A stretch of 64,000 bases of DNA, taken from positions 30,855 through 94,854 of the forward strand of contig NZ_JANXCG010000062.1 in the NCBI RefSeq assembly GCF_025060375.1, read 5' to 3'. The position numbers were made by a program, and so were the translations under genes. The stretch is from Meiothermus sp. (GTDB taxonomy: Bacteria > Deinococcota > Deinococci > Deinococcales > Thermaceae). Shown piece by piece: positions 39,510 through 49,672 of the stretch (positions are counted from its first letter, which is position 1; the number at the start of each line of letters is the position of its first letter). The notes beneath the pieces are model-generated. The model did no database searches, was not told the origin of the DNA, and worked only from the letters and a program-made list of their open reading frames with translations.

Positions 39510-39527
39510 CAAACAAGTGTTTGTTTG
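39510..39527. promoter_or_regulatory. Operator CAAACAA-GTGT-TTGTTTG
   Basis: Perfect 7-bp inverted repeat with a 4-nt spacer, downstream of the -10 element. Confidence 0.75.
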
Positions 39528-39543
39528 GCAAGGGAGAGGCGGG

Positions 39544-41109
39544 GTGAAGGAGACGGTAGCGGTTTTAGGCGCGGGCATCATGGGCCGGGGAATTGCCCAG
39601 GTGGCAGCCACAGCGGGGCACCAGGTGGTCCTCTACGACCCTTACCCCGCGGCGCTCGAGAAGGCCTTGGCAGAGACAAGGGCTGAGCTGAAGAAGCTGG
39701 CTGAAAGAGGGCGGCTCGCCTCGGCGGAGGAGGTCTTGGCCCGCATCCAGCCCACCCAGGCCCTAGAGGATTGCACCCCGGCCCACCTGGTCATAGAGGC
39801 GGTCCCCGAGCAGCTCGAGCTAAAGCAGGAAATCCTGAGCCGGTTGGGGGGACTCAACCCCCACGGGCTCCTAGCCAGCAACACCTCCACCTTTTCCATC
39901 TCGGCCATCGCAGCTAAGGTGCCGAACCCTTCGAGGGTGCTGGGGCTGCACTTCTTCAACCCTGCCCCACGGATGAAGCTGGTGGAGGTGATAGGAGGGG
40001 AAAACACCGATCCAGTCCACCTCGAGCGGGCCTCGGAGCTCATGCGGGCCTGGGGCAAGGAGCCGGTCCGGGTCAAGGACGCCCCTGGCTTCCTGGTCAA
40101 CCGGGTGGCCCGCCCTTTCTACGGCGAGGCCATCCGGCTCCACGCCGAGGGGGTACCCAAGGAGTTCATCGACTGGGTGATGCGGGGGCTGGGATTCCCC
40201 ATGGGGCCCTTTGAGCTGATGGACCTGATAGGCCTGGACACCAACCTGGCCGCCTCTACCTCGGTCTACCAGGCTTTCTACGGGGAACCCCGCTACCGGC
40301 CCCACTACCTACAGCACCAGAAGGTGGCCGCCGGACAGCTGGGGCGCAAAAGCGGCCAGGGCTGGTACCGCTATCCCCCAGGCCCCCCACCCCCACCCAC
40401 CCCCTCCAACCCCACCGCCAAAGCCCCCCTCCCCCTGATCCTCGGTCCTAACCCACTGGCCCAGGAGCTAAAAGCCCGCTTTCCTCACGCGAAGAGCCCC
40501 GAAGAGGCCCAATTCGTGCTGGACTGCCGGGTGAAGCTCGAGCGCAAGAACGACCTTCCGGATAGCCTCCCGGTGGTCGGCCTGGTCTGGGGCCACTCCG
40601 CCAGCAGCCTTCAGGCTGAGCTAAAAGACCGGCCTGTGGTTGGATTCAGCCTGGTCCCACCCGTCGGTCAGGGGGCCATCGCCGAACTCTACACCCCCCT
40701 CTCTGGGCCAAACCCAGCCCTTCCGCTGGCCCAGGCCTTCTTTGAAGCCCAAGGCCATCCCACCCTCCTCCTGCCCGACCAGCCCGGCGGAGTGGGCTTC
40801 CGCATCCTGGCCCTGCTCATCAACGAGGCCATCTCAGCCCTTTCCGAGGGCATCGCCCAGCCGGACGACCTGGACCGGGCCATGCGGCTGGGAACGGGGT
40901 ACCCCCGGGGCCCCCTGGAGTGGGCCGAGCGCATCTGGCTCAAACCGGTACTGCGCGCACTGGAGGGTCTCTTCGCCGAGCTCGGCGAGGACCGCTACCG
41001 GCCCCACCCCCTGCTGCGCCGGATGGTGGCGGCAGGGCTTGAAACCTTCGGAAATCTCCCCCTGCACAAGGGAGATTGGCAAATCTACACCCACAAGGAG
41101 GCAAGATGA
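39544..41109 (+). CDS. 3-hydroxyacyl-CoA dehydrogenase (PaaH-like, duplicated C-terminal domain)
   Basis: GAGIMGRGIA, EAVPE, SNTST, HFFNPAP and FPMGPF. GTG start at 39544. Confidence 0.9.
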   Translation: MKETVAVLGAGIMGRGIAQVAATAGHQVVLYDPYPAALEKALAETRAELKKLAERGRLASAEEVLARIQPTQALEDCTPAHLVIEAVPEQLELKQEILSRLGGLNPHGLLASNTSTFSISAIAAKVPNPSRVLGLHFFNPAPRMKLVEVIGGENTDPVHLERASELMRAWGKEPVRVKDAPGFLVNRVARPFYGEAIRLHAEGVPKEFIDWVMRGLGFPMGPFELMDLIGLDTNLAASTSVYQAFYGEPRYRPHYLQHQKVAAGQLGRKSGQGWYRYPPGPPPPPTPSNPTAKAPLPLILGPNPLAQELKARFPHAKSPEEAQFVLDCRVKLERKNDLPDSLPVVGLVWGHSASSLQAELKDRPVVGFSLVPPVGQGAIAELYTPLSGPNPALPLAQAFFEAQGHPTLLLPDQPGGVGFRILALLINEAISALSEGIAQPDDLDRAMRLGTGYPRGPLEWAERIWLKPVLRALEGLFAELGEDRYRPHPLLRRMVAAGLETFGNLPLHKGDWQIYTHKEAR

Positions 41110-42299
41110 AGCGAGCTCTGATAGGACTGCTAACCCTTGGGCTGGGCTTGGGCCTGGCCCAGCAAGCCCCTCTGAAAATCGGGGTGGTGGTCTCGGCCAC
41201 CGGCCCCGCGGCCAGCCTGGGCATCCCCGAGCGCAACACCCTTCTGATCCTGGAGGAGCAGGTCAACCGGCGCGGAGGGGTGGCCGGACGCCCGGTGCAG
41301 TTCATCATCCTGGACGATGCTTCGGACACCACCCAGGCCGTGCGGGCCACCCGGCGGCTCATTCAGGAAGACCAGGTACTGGCCATCATCGGCACCACCA
41401 CCACCCCCGCCAGCTTGGGGATGATCGACGTGGTGGCCGAGGCTGGGGTGCCCAAGATTTCCCTCGCGGCCAACCTGGAGATCGTCTTTCCCGTGGACGA
41501 GAAGCGCCGCTGGGTCTTCAAGACCCCCCAGACCGAGCAGCAGATGTCTACCCCTATCGTGCGGGATATGGCGGCCGCAGGGGTGAAGACTGCCGCCTAC
41601 ATAGGCTTCAACGACGCCTACGGCGAGGGTTGGGCCCGGGCCTTTGAGGCCGCCGCCCGAGAAGCCGGCATCCAGGTGGTGGCCTCCGAACGCTTTGCCC
41701 GCACCGACACCTCGGTAACCGGCCAGGTACTGCGAATCCTGGCCCGCAACCCCGATGCGGTTTTGATCGGGGGCTCGGGCACGGCTCCGGTGCTGCCCCA
41801 GCGCACTTTGCGGGAGCGCGGCTACCGGGGCCTCATCTACCAGACCCACGGGGTGGCCAACCCCGACTTCCTGCGGGTAGGGGGAGACTTGCTGGTGGGC
41901 ACACGGCTACCGGCCGGGCCAGTGCTGGTCTTCGACCAGCTACCCCCTGACTTCCCCAACCGTCAGGTGGCCACCAGCTATGTGCAGCTATACGAGTCGC
42001 GCTTCGGCATCGGCAGCTACTCCACCTTTGGCGGCCACGCCTACGACGCCTGGGCCATCCTGCGCCCGGCCCTCGAGCGCGCCCTGCGCCGCGAGCAAAC
42101 CACCAACCTGGCGGCCTTTCGCCGGGTGCTGCGGGACGAGCTCGAGGCCACCCGCAACGTAGTGGGCACCCACGGCATCTTCAATATGTCCCCCACCGAC
42201 CACCTGGGCCTGCGCTTCAACGAAGCCGCGGTGATGGTGGAGATTGTGAAAGGCCCTACCGGCAGGCTCGAGTGGAAGCTGATCCGGACGTTCAGGTAG
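41106..42299 (+). CDS. ABC substrate-binding protein, aromatic-acid type (CouP-like)
   Basis: Signal peptide, LDDASD, GFNDAYGEG, SVTGQVL and IYQTHGVA. Confidence 0.85.
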   Translation: MKRALIGLLTLGLGLGLAQQAPLKIGVVVSATGPAASLGIPERNTLLILEEQVNRRGGVAGRPVQFIILDDASDTTQAVRATRRLIQEDQVLAIIGTTTTPASLGMIDVVAEAGVPKISLAANLEIVFPVDEKRRWVFKTPQTEQQMSTPIVRDMAAAGVKTAAYIGFNDAYGEGWARAFEAAAREAGIQVVASERFARTDTSVTGQVLRILARNPDAVLIGGSGTAPVLPQRTLRERGYRGLIYQTHGVANPDFLRVGGDLLVGTRLPAGPVLVFDQLPPDFPNRQVATSYVQLYESRFGIGSYSTFGGHAYDAWAILRPALERALRREQTTNLAAFRRVLRDELEATRNVVGTHGIFNMSPTDHLGLRFNEAAVMVEIVKGPTGRLEWKLIRTFR

Positions 42300-42316
42300 G
42301 AGGGCCTGTGGCCAAG

Positions 42317-42365
42317 AACCAGCAGCCAACCGCCATCCAGGCACAACGGCTGTTGGCTGCTGGTT
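42317..42365. other. Intercistronic stem-loop with a 14-bp perfect stem
   Basis: AACCAGCAGCCAAC (42317-42330) pairs with GTTGGCTGCTGGTT (42352-42365). Confidence 0.8.
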
Positions 42366-42383
42366 AGGGGCTTCCAACCATAT

Positions 42384-43415
42384 ATGGACTGGGCAATCTT
42401 CTCTTTTCTGGCCGCAGATGCGCTGCAAAACGGAACCATCTATGCGCTGTTGGCCCTATCCTTGGTGCTGGTCTTTGCGGTCACAAGGGTAATCCTGGTC
42501 CCCTTGGGGGAGTTTTTGGTGTACGCACCCCTGACCTACGTCTGGTTCCTCCCCCCCGAGGTGAGCGGCCTCAACCTTAGAGGGCAGATTCCCGGAACCG
42601 CCTGGCTGGCCGCGGCCATGCTGGCTGGATGGGCCTTTTTGGAACGCAAAAGCCTGAGAAGGGCTGGCCTTCTGGCGTTGGGAAGCCTGGGGGTGTTGGG
42701 GCTGGCCTGGTGGGGAGCCCAAGGGGTACCCCTGTGGCTTGGCTGGTTCCTGGCAGTGCTGGTGGTGCTCCCCATAGGCCCAGCCTCCTACCGGCTGTTC
42801 TTTGAACCGGCCAAAAATGCCAGTGTGCTCACCTACCTGATCATCGCCGTCGGCCTCCACTTCGCCTTCATGGGGCTGGGCCTGGTCTTCTTCGGACCTG
42901 AGCAGTTTCGTCTGCCGGCCGTCTGGAGCGGCCAGACCCAGGTTGGTTTGGTACCCATAAACAACCAAGCCTTCCTGGTCTACGGCTTCGCCTTTTTGAG
43001 CGCGCTGGGGCTCTACCTGTTTTTCAGCAGGAGCATCTACGGCAAGGCCCTACGGGCCTGTGCGGTCAACCGCTATGGGGCCCGGCTTTCCGGCATCAGC
43101 CCCAGTCAGGCAGGGTATGTGTCCTTTTCCATCGCCACCCTCATCGCCTGCGTGAGCGGCATGCTCCTGGCCCCCCTGATATCCCCGGCTTACTTTCAAG
43201 GCTTCCTCCTGGGGCTAAAGGGCTTTGTGGCTGGGATTCTCGGCGGCCTGGTGAGCTACCCCTTGGCGGCGCTGGGGGCTTTGCTGGTGGGGGCTATGGA
43301 ATCCTGGGCGGCCTTTCAGGCCAGCGCCTATAAGGATGCCATCGTTTTCGCTCTGCTCCTGCCGATTCTCTTCTGGCGTAGCCTCCGCAGCCAGGAGCTG
43401 GGGGAGGAAGAATGA
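42384..43415 (+). CDS. LivH-like ABC permease
   Basis: LQNGTIYALLALSLVLVF and GLKGFVAGILGG. Confidence 0.9.
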   Translation: MDWAIFSFLAADALQNGTIYALLALSLVLVFAVTRVILVPLGEFLVYAPLTYVWFLPPEVSGLNLRGQIPGTAWLAAAMLAGWAFLERKSLRRAGLLALGSLGVLGLAWWGAQGVPLWLGWFLAVLVVLPIGPASYRLFFEPAKNASVLTYLIIAVGLHFAFMGLGLVFFGPEQFRLPAVWSGQTQVGLVPINNQAFLVYGFAFLSALGLYLFFSRSIYGKALRACAVNRYGARLSGISPSQAGYVSFSIATLIACVSGMLLAPLISPAYFQGFLLGLKGFVAGILGGLVSYPLAALGALLVGAMESWAAFQASAYKDAIVFALLLPILFWRSLRSQELGEEE

Positions 43416-45175
43416 GGCCCCTGCCCCTGATCCTCCTCCTGGCCGGGCTCTTGCTCTTCCCCCTCGCCCTGCCGCCTTCCTCGTTCTACCTTACGGTGGG
43501 CAACTACATCGCCTTTGGCGCCTTGGTCGCGCTGGGCCTTTACCTGCTCACCGGGCTCTCGGGCATGACCAGCTTTGGCCAGGCAGCCTTTATGGGGCTA
43601 GCGGCCTATACCTCCGCCCTGCTCACCATCCACCAGGGCCTGAACCCGTGGGCCACCCTCCTGCTGGGCATCCTGGCTGCAGCGCTGGGCGCACTGGTGA
43701 TGGGCGGCATCACCGTGCGGCTAAAGGGGCATTACCTGCCCCTTTCCACCATCGCCTGGTGCATCGCCCTGTACATCGTTATGGGAAGCTGGATTGGCCT
43801 CACCGGAGGACACACCGGGCTAAGGGGGATCCCCCCCATATCGGTCCTGGGCTATACGCTGGGCGACTCCAGAAGCTATTTCTACCTGTCGTGGGGCATG
43901 GTCCTCCTGGGGGCTTGGGGGGCCTGGAACCTCACCAACAGCCGGATTGGGCGAGCAATGCGGGCCTCCAAAGGGGACGCCATCGCGGCGGCCAGCTTTG
44001 GGGTAAACCCGGCAACCCTGAAGCTCCAGGTCTTCGTTCTCTCAGCCGTCTACGCTGGGGTGGCTGGCTGGCTCTACGTCCACTACCAGAAGTTCATCAA
44101 CCCCACCCCCTTCAGCCTTGAGGCTTCCATCAAGTACCTGATTGCGGCGGTGGCTGGAGGGGTGGGCAGCATCCCAGGGGTCATCCTAGGCTCTGGGCTG
44201 GTGACGGGGCTGGAGGAGGCCCTGAAGGGGGTCTTGCCCCTCCTGTTCGGCCGTGCCGGAAACTACGAGATCATCGCCTATGGGCTTATCTTGGTGCTCA
44301 TCCTGATGTTCGCCCCCAAGGGGCTGTGGCCCTTTGTGGAACGGTACATCCCCAAGCCCAGGCCAAAGAACCCTGCAGGGCAGGGCCTGCCTGCTCGCCC
44401 CAGCGGAGGGCGCAAGGGAGAGGTGGTGCTCGAGGTCAGGGGCCTCAGCAAGCGCTTCGGTGGTCTGCTGGCGGTGAACAAGATAAGCTTTGAGCTCAGA
44501 CGGGGCGAGATTTTGGCCCTCATCGGCCCCAATGGGGCAGGCAAATCCACCTGCTTCAACATGATTACCGCAGTCTACCCCCCCAGCGAAGGGGAGGTCT
44601 GGTTCAGGGGAAAGCCCATCTCAGGGCGGAAACCCTACGAGGTGCACCGTCTGGGCATCGCCCGCACCTTCCAGCACCCCCACCTCTTTCCCGAGATGAC
44701 CGTGCTGGAAAACGCCGCCTTGGGCACCTATGCCCGCACCCGGCGGGGTTTTCTGGCCTCAATGCTGGCCCTCCATCGCTCTGAGGAAAAGGCCGCCCTG
44801 GCAGAAGCTTACCGGGCCCTGGAGCGGGTGGGCCTGGCCCACATGGCCCATCAGAAGGCGGAGGGCCTCTCCATCGGCCAGCTCCGGCTTCTGGAAATTG
44901 CCCGCGCCCTGGCCGCCAGCCCCGAGGTGCTGCTCCTGGATGAGCCGGCCGCGGGGCTGAGGGCTGGGGAGAAGCGGGAGTTCGCCTCGCTCATCCGCAA
45001 ACTGGTGGCCGAAGGGGTCACGGTACTCCTGGTAGACCACGACATGGACCTGGTCATGGGGCTGGTAGACCGGGTGGTGGTGATGCATTATGGGGAAAAG
45101 CTGGCCGAGGGTAGCCCCGCCGAGGTGCAGCGCAACCCCAGGGTCATCGAGGCCTACCTGGGGGAGGCCGCCTGA
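43412..45175 (+). CDS. Fused LivM permease and LivG ATPase
   Basis: GMTSFGQAAFMG TM region followed by GPNGAGKS and LLLDEPAAG. Confidence 0.9.
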   Translation: MRPLPLILLLAGLLLFPLALPPSSFYLTVGNYIAFGALVALGLYLLTGLSGMTSFGQAAFMGLAAYTSALLTIHQGLNPWATLLLGILAAALGALVMGGITVRLKGHYLPLSTIAWCIALYIVMGSWIGLTGGHTGLRGIPPISVLGYTLGDSRSYFYLSWGMVLLGAWGAWNLTNSRIGRAMRASKGDAIAAASFGVNPATLKLQVFVLSAVYAGVAGWLYVHYQKFINPTPFSLEASIKYLIAAVAGGVGSIPGVILGSGLVTGLEEALKGVLPLLFGRAGNYEIIAYGLILVLILMFAPKGLWPFVERYIPKPRPKNPAGQGLPARPSGGRKGEVVLEVRGLSKRFGGLLAVNKISFELRRGEILALIGPNGAGKSTCFNMITAVYPPSEGEVWFRGKPISGRKPYEVHRLGIARTFQHPHLFPEMTVLENAALGTYARTRRGFLASMLALHRSEEKAALAEAYRALERVGLAHMAHQKAEGLSIGQLRLLEIARALAASPEVLLLDEPAAGLRAGEKREFASLIRKLVAEGVTVLLVDHDMDLVMGLVDRVVVMHYGEKLAEGSPAEVQRNPRVIEAYLGEAA

Positions 45176-45193
45176 GGCTTACTGGAGGCAGGG

Positions 45194-45931
45194 ATGAACA
45201 TCCTGGAAGTGGAAAACCTGAGCGTGCGTTATGGGGCTGTGGAGGCCGTGCGGGGGCTTTCGCTCAGGGTGGCCGAGGGCGAGGCCATCACCCTCATTGG
45301 CCCCAACGGGGCAGGAAAGAGCAGCACCCTCAAGGGCATCCTGGGGCTGGTGCAAGCCAGCGGCACGGTGCACTACCTGGGGGAAACGCTATCGCGGCGC
45401 ACGCCAGAAATGCTGGCCGCTGTGGGGCTGGTCATGGTACCCGAAAAGCGCGAGCTCTTCGCGTCAATGGCGGTAGAGGACAACCTCCTGCTGGGGGCCT
45501 TTCCCCGTTTTCAGCGGCGCGAAAGGGGCATACGGGAGGACCTGGAATGGGTCTACAGCCTCTTCCCTCGCCTCCTCGAGCGGCGCCGTCAGCTCGCCGG
45601 CACCATGTCGGGGGGTGAACAGCAAATGCTGGCCATCGGCCGGGCGCTGATGGCCCGGCCCAAGCTCCTCTTGCTGGACGAACCTAGCTTGGGGCTGGCC
45701 CCCCTTATCGTGCAGGAGATATTCCGCATCCTGGGCGAACTCAAGGCCCGGGGGGTAACCATCTTGCTGGTGGAGCAGAACGCCCGGATGGCCCTAAAGC
45801 TGGCCGACCGGGGATACGTGCTCGAGGCCGGCGAGCTGGTCATGGAAGGCCGAGGAAGCGAGCTGCTCTACGACCCCAGGGTCATCGAGTCCTATCTAGG
45901 CATCCGCACGAGGGAGGCAGCCGGTGGGTAG
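45194..45931 (+). CDS. LivF-like ABC ATPase
   Basis: GPNGAGKS, MSGGEQQMLAIGRAL and DEPSLGLAP. Confidence 0.93.
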   Translation: MNILEVENLSVRYGAVEAVRGLSLRVAEGEAITLIGPNGAGKSSTLKGILGLVQASGTVHYLGETLSRRTPEMLAAVGLVMVPEKRELFASMAVEDNLLLGAFPRFQRRERGIREDLEWVYSLFPRLLERRRQLAGTMSGGEQQMLAIGRALMARPKLLLLDEPSLGLAPLIVQEIFRILGELKARGVTILLVEQNARMALKLADRGYVLEAGELVMEGRGSELLYDPRVIESYLGIRTREAAGG

Positions 45932-46319
45932 TGAACTCCACCCCGACCCCTACATGCGGCTCCTAGGGTTCAGGGTGGCCCGGCTGGGGCCAGGAGAAGC
46001 CGTGCTCCTGGCCGAGGTTCGGGCTGAGCACACCAACATCCACGGCCACTGCCACGGCGGATTTCTCTATAGCCTGGCCGATGCGGCCTTTGCCTTAGCC
46101 TCAAACGCCCACGGAACCCCAGCTGTAGCCCTCTGCACGCACATGGAGTACTTCAAGGCGGTACGGGTGGGCGAGCGGCTCGAAGCCCACGCCCGGGAGG
46201 AAAACCTGGGGCGCCGCACCGCCACCTACCGCATCGAGGTCAGGAACCGGGAACGGGTGGTGGCCCTCTTCACCGGGACCGTCTTCCGCATGGAAGGCCA
46301 AAGCAAGCCCGAGGCCTGA
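45924..46319 (+). CDS. paaI: PaaI-family aryl-CoA thioesterase
   Basis: HTNIHGHCHGGFLYSLADAAFALASN hotdog-fold motif. Confidence 0.85.
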   Translation: MGSELHPDPYMRLLGFRVARLGPGEAVLLAEVRAEHTNIHGHCHGGFLYSLADAAFALASNAHGTPAVALCTHMEYFKAVRVGERLEAHAREENLGRRTATYRIEVRNRERVVALFTGTVFRMEGQSKPEA

Positions 46320-46336
46320 GCGTTCGCAACAGGCCC

Positions 46337-46365
46337 TTGCGGGTCAAAACCTCAAAGGGTAAAAC
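46337..46365 (+). promoter_or_regulatory. Possible internal leaderless promoter for the thiolase
   Basis: TTGCGG, 17 nt, TAAAAC, 6 nt, ATG. No SD; the last -10 base is non-consensus. Confidence 0.4.
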
Positions 46366-46371
46366 ACAGCC

Positions 46372-47571
46372 ATGGAAGCTTACATTCTAGACGCCGTCCG
46401 CACACCGGTTGGAAAGCACGGGGGCGCGCTGGCCTCAGTCCGCCCCGATGACCTGGCTGCCATTCCCCTAAAGGCCCTCCTCGAGCGCACCGGCCTACCC
46501 GCGAGCGATGTGGAAGACGTCTACATGGGCTGCGCCAACCAAGCTGGGGAGGACAACCGCAACGTGGCCCGCATGGCCCTCCTCCTGGCCGGCCTTCCCA
46601 AGGAGGTGGGGGGTTGCACGGTAAACCGCCTCTGCGGTAGCGGCCTAGAGGCGGTAGCCAGCGCGGCCCGGGCCCTTATGCTGGGCGAGGGCCAGGTCTA
46701 CATCGGAGGCGGCGTGGAAAGCATGAGCCGGGCCCCCTGGGTGATGCCCAAAGCCGAGCGGGCCTTCCCCACCGGCAACCTCACGGTCTACGACACCACC
46801 TTGGGCTGGCGCTTCATCAACCCCAGGATGCAGGCCCTCTACGGCACCGAGGCGATGGGCGAGACCGCCGAGAACCTGGCCGAGCAGTACAAAATCCCCC
46901 GGGAAGCCCAGGACCACTTCGCCCTGCGCTCGCACCAAAAGGCCGTCCGAGCCCAGCAGAGTGGGGCTTTTGAGGGCCAGATGGTGCCCGTGGAGGTGAC
47001 GATCAGGGGCCAGACCACCCTGGTAAACGCCGATGAGGGCCCCCGGCCCGACACCAGCCTGGAGGCCCTGGCCAAACTCAAGCCGGTCTTCCGTCCTGGG
47101 GGTAGCGTAACCGCCGGGAACTCCTCCTCCCTAAACGACGGGGCAGCAGCGGTGCTGCTGGTCTCCGACGCCTACGCCCGGGCCCACGGGCTCAGGCCTA
47201 TGGCCAAAATTCGCTCGATGGCGGTGGCCGGGGTAGAGCCCCGGATTATGGGCATCGGCCCGGTTCCAGCCACCGAAAAGGCCCTCAAGCGGGCTGGGCT
47301 GGGCCTGCAGGAGATTGGCCTGATTGAGCTCAACGAGGCCTTTGCCGCCCAGAGCCTAGCGGTGCTCTATGAGTGGGGCGTGGACCCTGAGGACGAGCGG
47401 CTCAACGTGAATGGGGGGGCCATCGCCATCGGCCACCCCCTGGGGGCCTCGGGCGCCCGGATTCTCGCCAACCTGGTCCACGAGATGCAGAAGCGGAATG
47501 TGCAGTTTGGGCTGGCCACCATGTGCATAGGGGTGGGCCAGGGCATCGCGATGGTGGTGGAGCGGGTATGA
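46372..47571 (+). CDS. 3-oxoadipyl-CoA thiolase (PaaJ/PcaF-like)
   Basis: [38 protein letters not shown] and MCIGVGQG. Confidence 0.92.
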   Translation: MEAYILDAVRTPVGKHGGALASVRPDDLAAIPLKALLERTGLPASDVEDVYMGCANQAGEDNRNVARMALLLAGLPKEVGGCTVNRLCGSGLEAVASAARALMLGEGQVYIGGGVESMSRAPWVMPKAERAFPTGNLTVYDTTLGWRFINPRMQALYGTEAMGETAENLAEQYKIPREAQDHFALRSHQKAVRAQQSGAFEGQMVPVEVTIRGQTTLVNADEGPRPDTSLEALAKLKPVFRPGGSVTAGNSSSLNDGAAAVLLVSDAYARAHGLRPMAKIRSMAVAGVEPRIMGIGPVPATEKALKRAGLGLQEIGLIELNEAFAAQSLAVLYEWGVDPEDERLNVNGGAIAIGHPLGASGARILANLVHEMQKRNVQFGLATMCIGVGQGIAMVVERV

Positions 47572-48317
47572 GGGTGCTGGAACAGTTCCGCCTGGACGGG
47601 AAAACCGCCCTAATCACCGGCGGCTCGAGGGGCCTTGGCCTGGAGATTGCCACTGCCCTGCGGGAGGCCGGGGCCAAGGTGGCCCTCCTGGCCCGGCGGG
47701 AGAGCTTCCTTGAGGAGGCCCTAAAGACCATCCCTGATGCCCTGCCCATCGTGGGCAACGTGCAAGACGAGGCCAGTTTGGAAGGCGCTTTTGCCCGCAC
47801 CGGCCCGGTGGACATCCTGGTCAACGCCGCCGGGGTAACCTGGGGGCAGGACGCCCTCGAGGTTCCCGCAGAAAAGATTCGCGAGGTGCTGGACATCAAC
47901 GTAACCGGGGCTTTCCTGGCCAGCCGCATTGCCGCAAGGGGCATGAAAGCCCGGGGTTACGGAAAGATTCTGAACATCGCCTCGGTGGCTGGGCTCATAG
48001 GCAGCCCCAGCGAGGTAATGGACGCCGCGGCCTACTCGGCCTCCAAAGGGGCCTTGATCGCTCTCACTCGCGACCTAGCGGTGAAGTGGGGGCCCTTTGG
48101 CATCCGGGTCAACGCCCTGGCCCCAGGCTTCTTCCCCACCCGCATGACCGAGCGGCTGCTGGCCCGGACAGAGTCTTTGGTACGAGCCCGCACCCCCCTG
48201 GGCCGCATCGGCCAGCCCGGCGAGCTGGCCGCGGCTGCGCTCTACCTGTGCAGCCCGGCCTCGGACTACGTAACCGGGCAGGTGCTGGCGGTGGATGGGG
48301 GGATGACCGCACGCTAG
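47568..48317 (+). CDS. SDR oxidoreductase
   Basis: TGGSRGLG, NAAG and YSASK. ATGA overlap start. Confidence 0.9.
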   Translation: MRVLEQFRLDGKTALITGGSRGLGLEIATALREAGAKVALLARRESFLEEALKTIPDALPIVGNVQDEASLEGAFARTGPVDILVNAAGVTWGQDALEVPAEKIREVLDINVTGAFLASRIAARGMKARGYGKILNIASVAGLIGSPSEVMDAAAYSASKGALIALTRDLAVKWGPFGIRVNALAPGFFPTRMTERLLARTESLVRARTPLGRIGQPGELAAAALYLCSPASDYVTGQVLAVDGGMTAR

Positions 48318-48325
48318 AGGTGCCT

Positions 48326-49672
48326 ATGCCGATGTTCCAACCCGAGATAGAAACGCTCCCCCGTCCCAAGCTCCAAGCGCTACAGAGCGAGCGGCTGCGC
48401 GAGCAAGTGGCCTATGTCTACGAACGCGTGCCCTTCTACCGCCAGGCCCTGGACGAGCGTGGCCTTAAGCCTTCCGACATCAGGGGCATTGAGGACATCC
48501 ACAAGCTCCCCTTTACCAGGAAGAAAGACCTGCGCGATACCTACCCCTTTGGAATGTTCGCGGTGCCCCGTGAGCAAATCGCCCGCATCCACGCCTCCAG
48601 CGGCACCACCGGCAAGCCCACCGTGGTGGGCTACACAAAGGGCGACCTGGAAATCTTCGCCGAGGTGGTGGCCCGCTCGTTGGCAGCTGCAGGTGGGCGG
48701 CCCGGTATGATGCTGCACAACGCCTATGGCTACGGTCTCTTCACCGGCGGGCTGGGCCTGCACGGAGGGGCTGAGAGGTTGGGGATGATTGTGGTGCCGG
48801 TTTCAGGCGGCATGACCGAACGGCAAATCATGCTCATCCAGGACTTCAGGCCGGAGATGATTGCCTGCACCCCCTCCTACGCCCAAACCCTGGCCGAGGA
48901 ATTCAGGAAGCGTGGGATAAGCCCGGAGGAAATCAGCCTCAAATACGCCGTACTGGGGGCAGAACCTTGGACGGAGGCGATCCGAAAGAACGTGGACGAG
49001 GGGCTAGGGGTGCAGTCCACCAACATCTACGGCCTCTCTGAGGTCATCGGACCGGGGGTCTCCAACGAAGATGTGAGCGAGCGGGAGGGGCTTTCCTACA
49101 TTTGGGAGGACCACTTCTACCCCGAAGTGGTGCACCCCGAGACCGGTGAGCCCTTGCCGGAGGGCCAAATTGGGGTGCTGGTGCTGACCACCCTGACCAA
49201 AAAGGCCATGCCCATCCTCCGCTACTGGACCGGCGATCTAACCTACATCACCCGCGAGCCCGGCCCCTCCGGCCGCACCCACGCCCGCATGGCCCAGATT
49301 CGGGGCCGCACCGACGATATGCTGATTGTGCGAGGGGTCAACGTCTACCCCACCCAGATTGAGGCGGTGCTCAGGGAAATTCCCGAGGTGGCGCCGCACT
49401 ACCAGATTGTGCTCACCCGCGAAGGCACCCTGGACGAGGTGGAGCTTAGGCTCGAGGTCTCCGGGGGCTTCCTAGGCTCACTGGGGCAACAGGCGCTCCC
49501 CGAAGGGGCGGTGGAGACCGACCCTCGATTGTCCCAGGTACGGGAGAAGGTGGCCCGCAAAATTAAGGACAACGTGGGCATCTCCCTACGGGTCACCCTG
49601 CTCAACCCCGGTACTGCGCCCAGGAGCGAGGGCGGCAAGCTCAAGCGGGTGTTGGATTTGCGCAAGATATGA
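48326..49672 (+). CDS. paaK: Phenylacetate-CoA ligase
   Basis: IHASSGTTGKP, YGYGLFTGGLG, YGLSE and GRTDDMLIVRGVNVYP. Confidence 0.93.
   Translation: MPMFQPEIETLPRPKLQALQSERLREQVAYVYERVPFYRQALDERGLKPSDIRGIEDIHKLPFTRKKDLRDTYPFGMFAVPREQIARIHASSGTTGKPTVVGYTKGDLEIFAEVVARSLAAAGGRPGMMLHNAYGYGLFTGGLGLHGGAERLGMIVVPVSGGMTERQIMLIQDFRPEMIACTPSYAQTLAEEFRKRGISPEEISLKYAVLGAEPWTEAIRKNVDEGLGVQSTNIYGLSEVIGPGVSNEDVSEREGLSYIWEDHFYPEVVHPETGEPLPEGQIGVLVLTTLTKKAMPILRYWTGDLTYITREPGPSGRTHARMAQIRGRTDDMLIVRGVNVYPTQIEAVLREIPEVAPHYQIVLTREGTLDEVELRLEVSGGFLGSLGQQALPEGAVETDPRLSQVREKVARKIKDNVGISLRVTLLNPGTAPRSEGGKLKRVLDLRKI

Noticed and set aside
40371-40430. C-rich run that looks like a simple repeat
   Set aside because: It encodes the Pro-rich interdomain linker (YPPGPPPPPTPSNPT) of the hydroxyacyl-CoA dehydrogenase.
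43412-45175. LivM-LivG fusion as a novelty
   Set aside because: Permease-ATPase fusions are common among HAAT-family ABC transporters.
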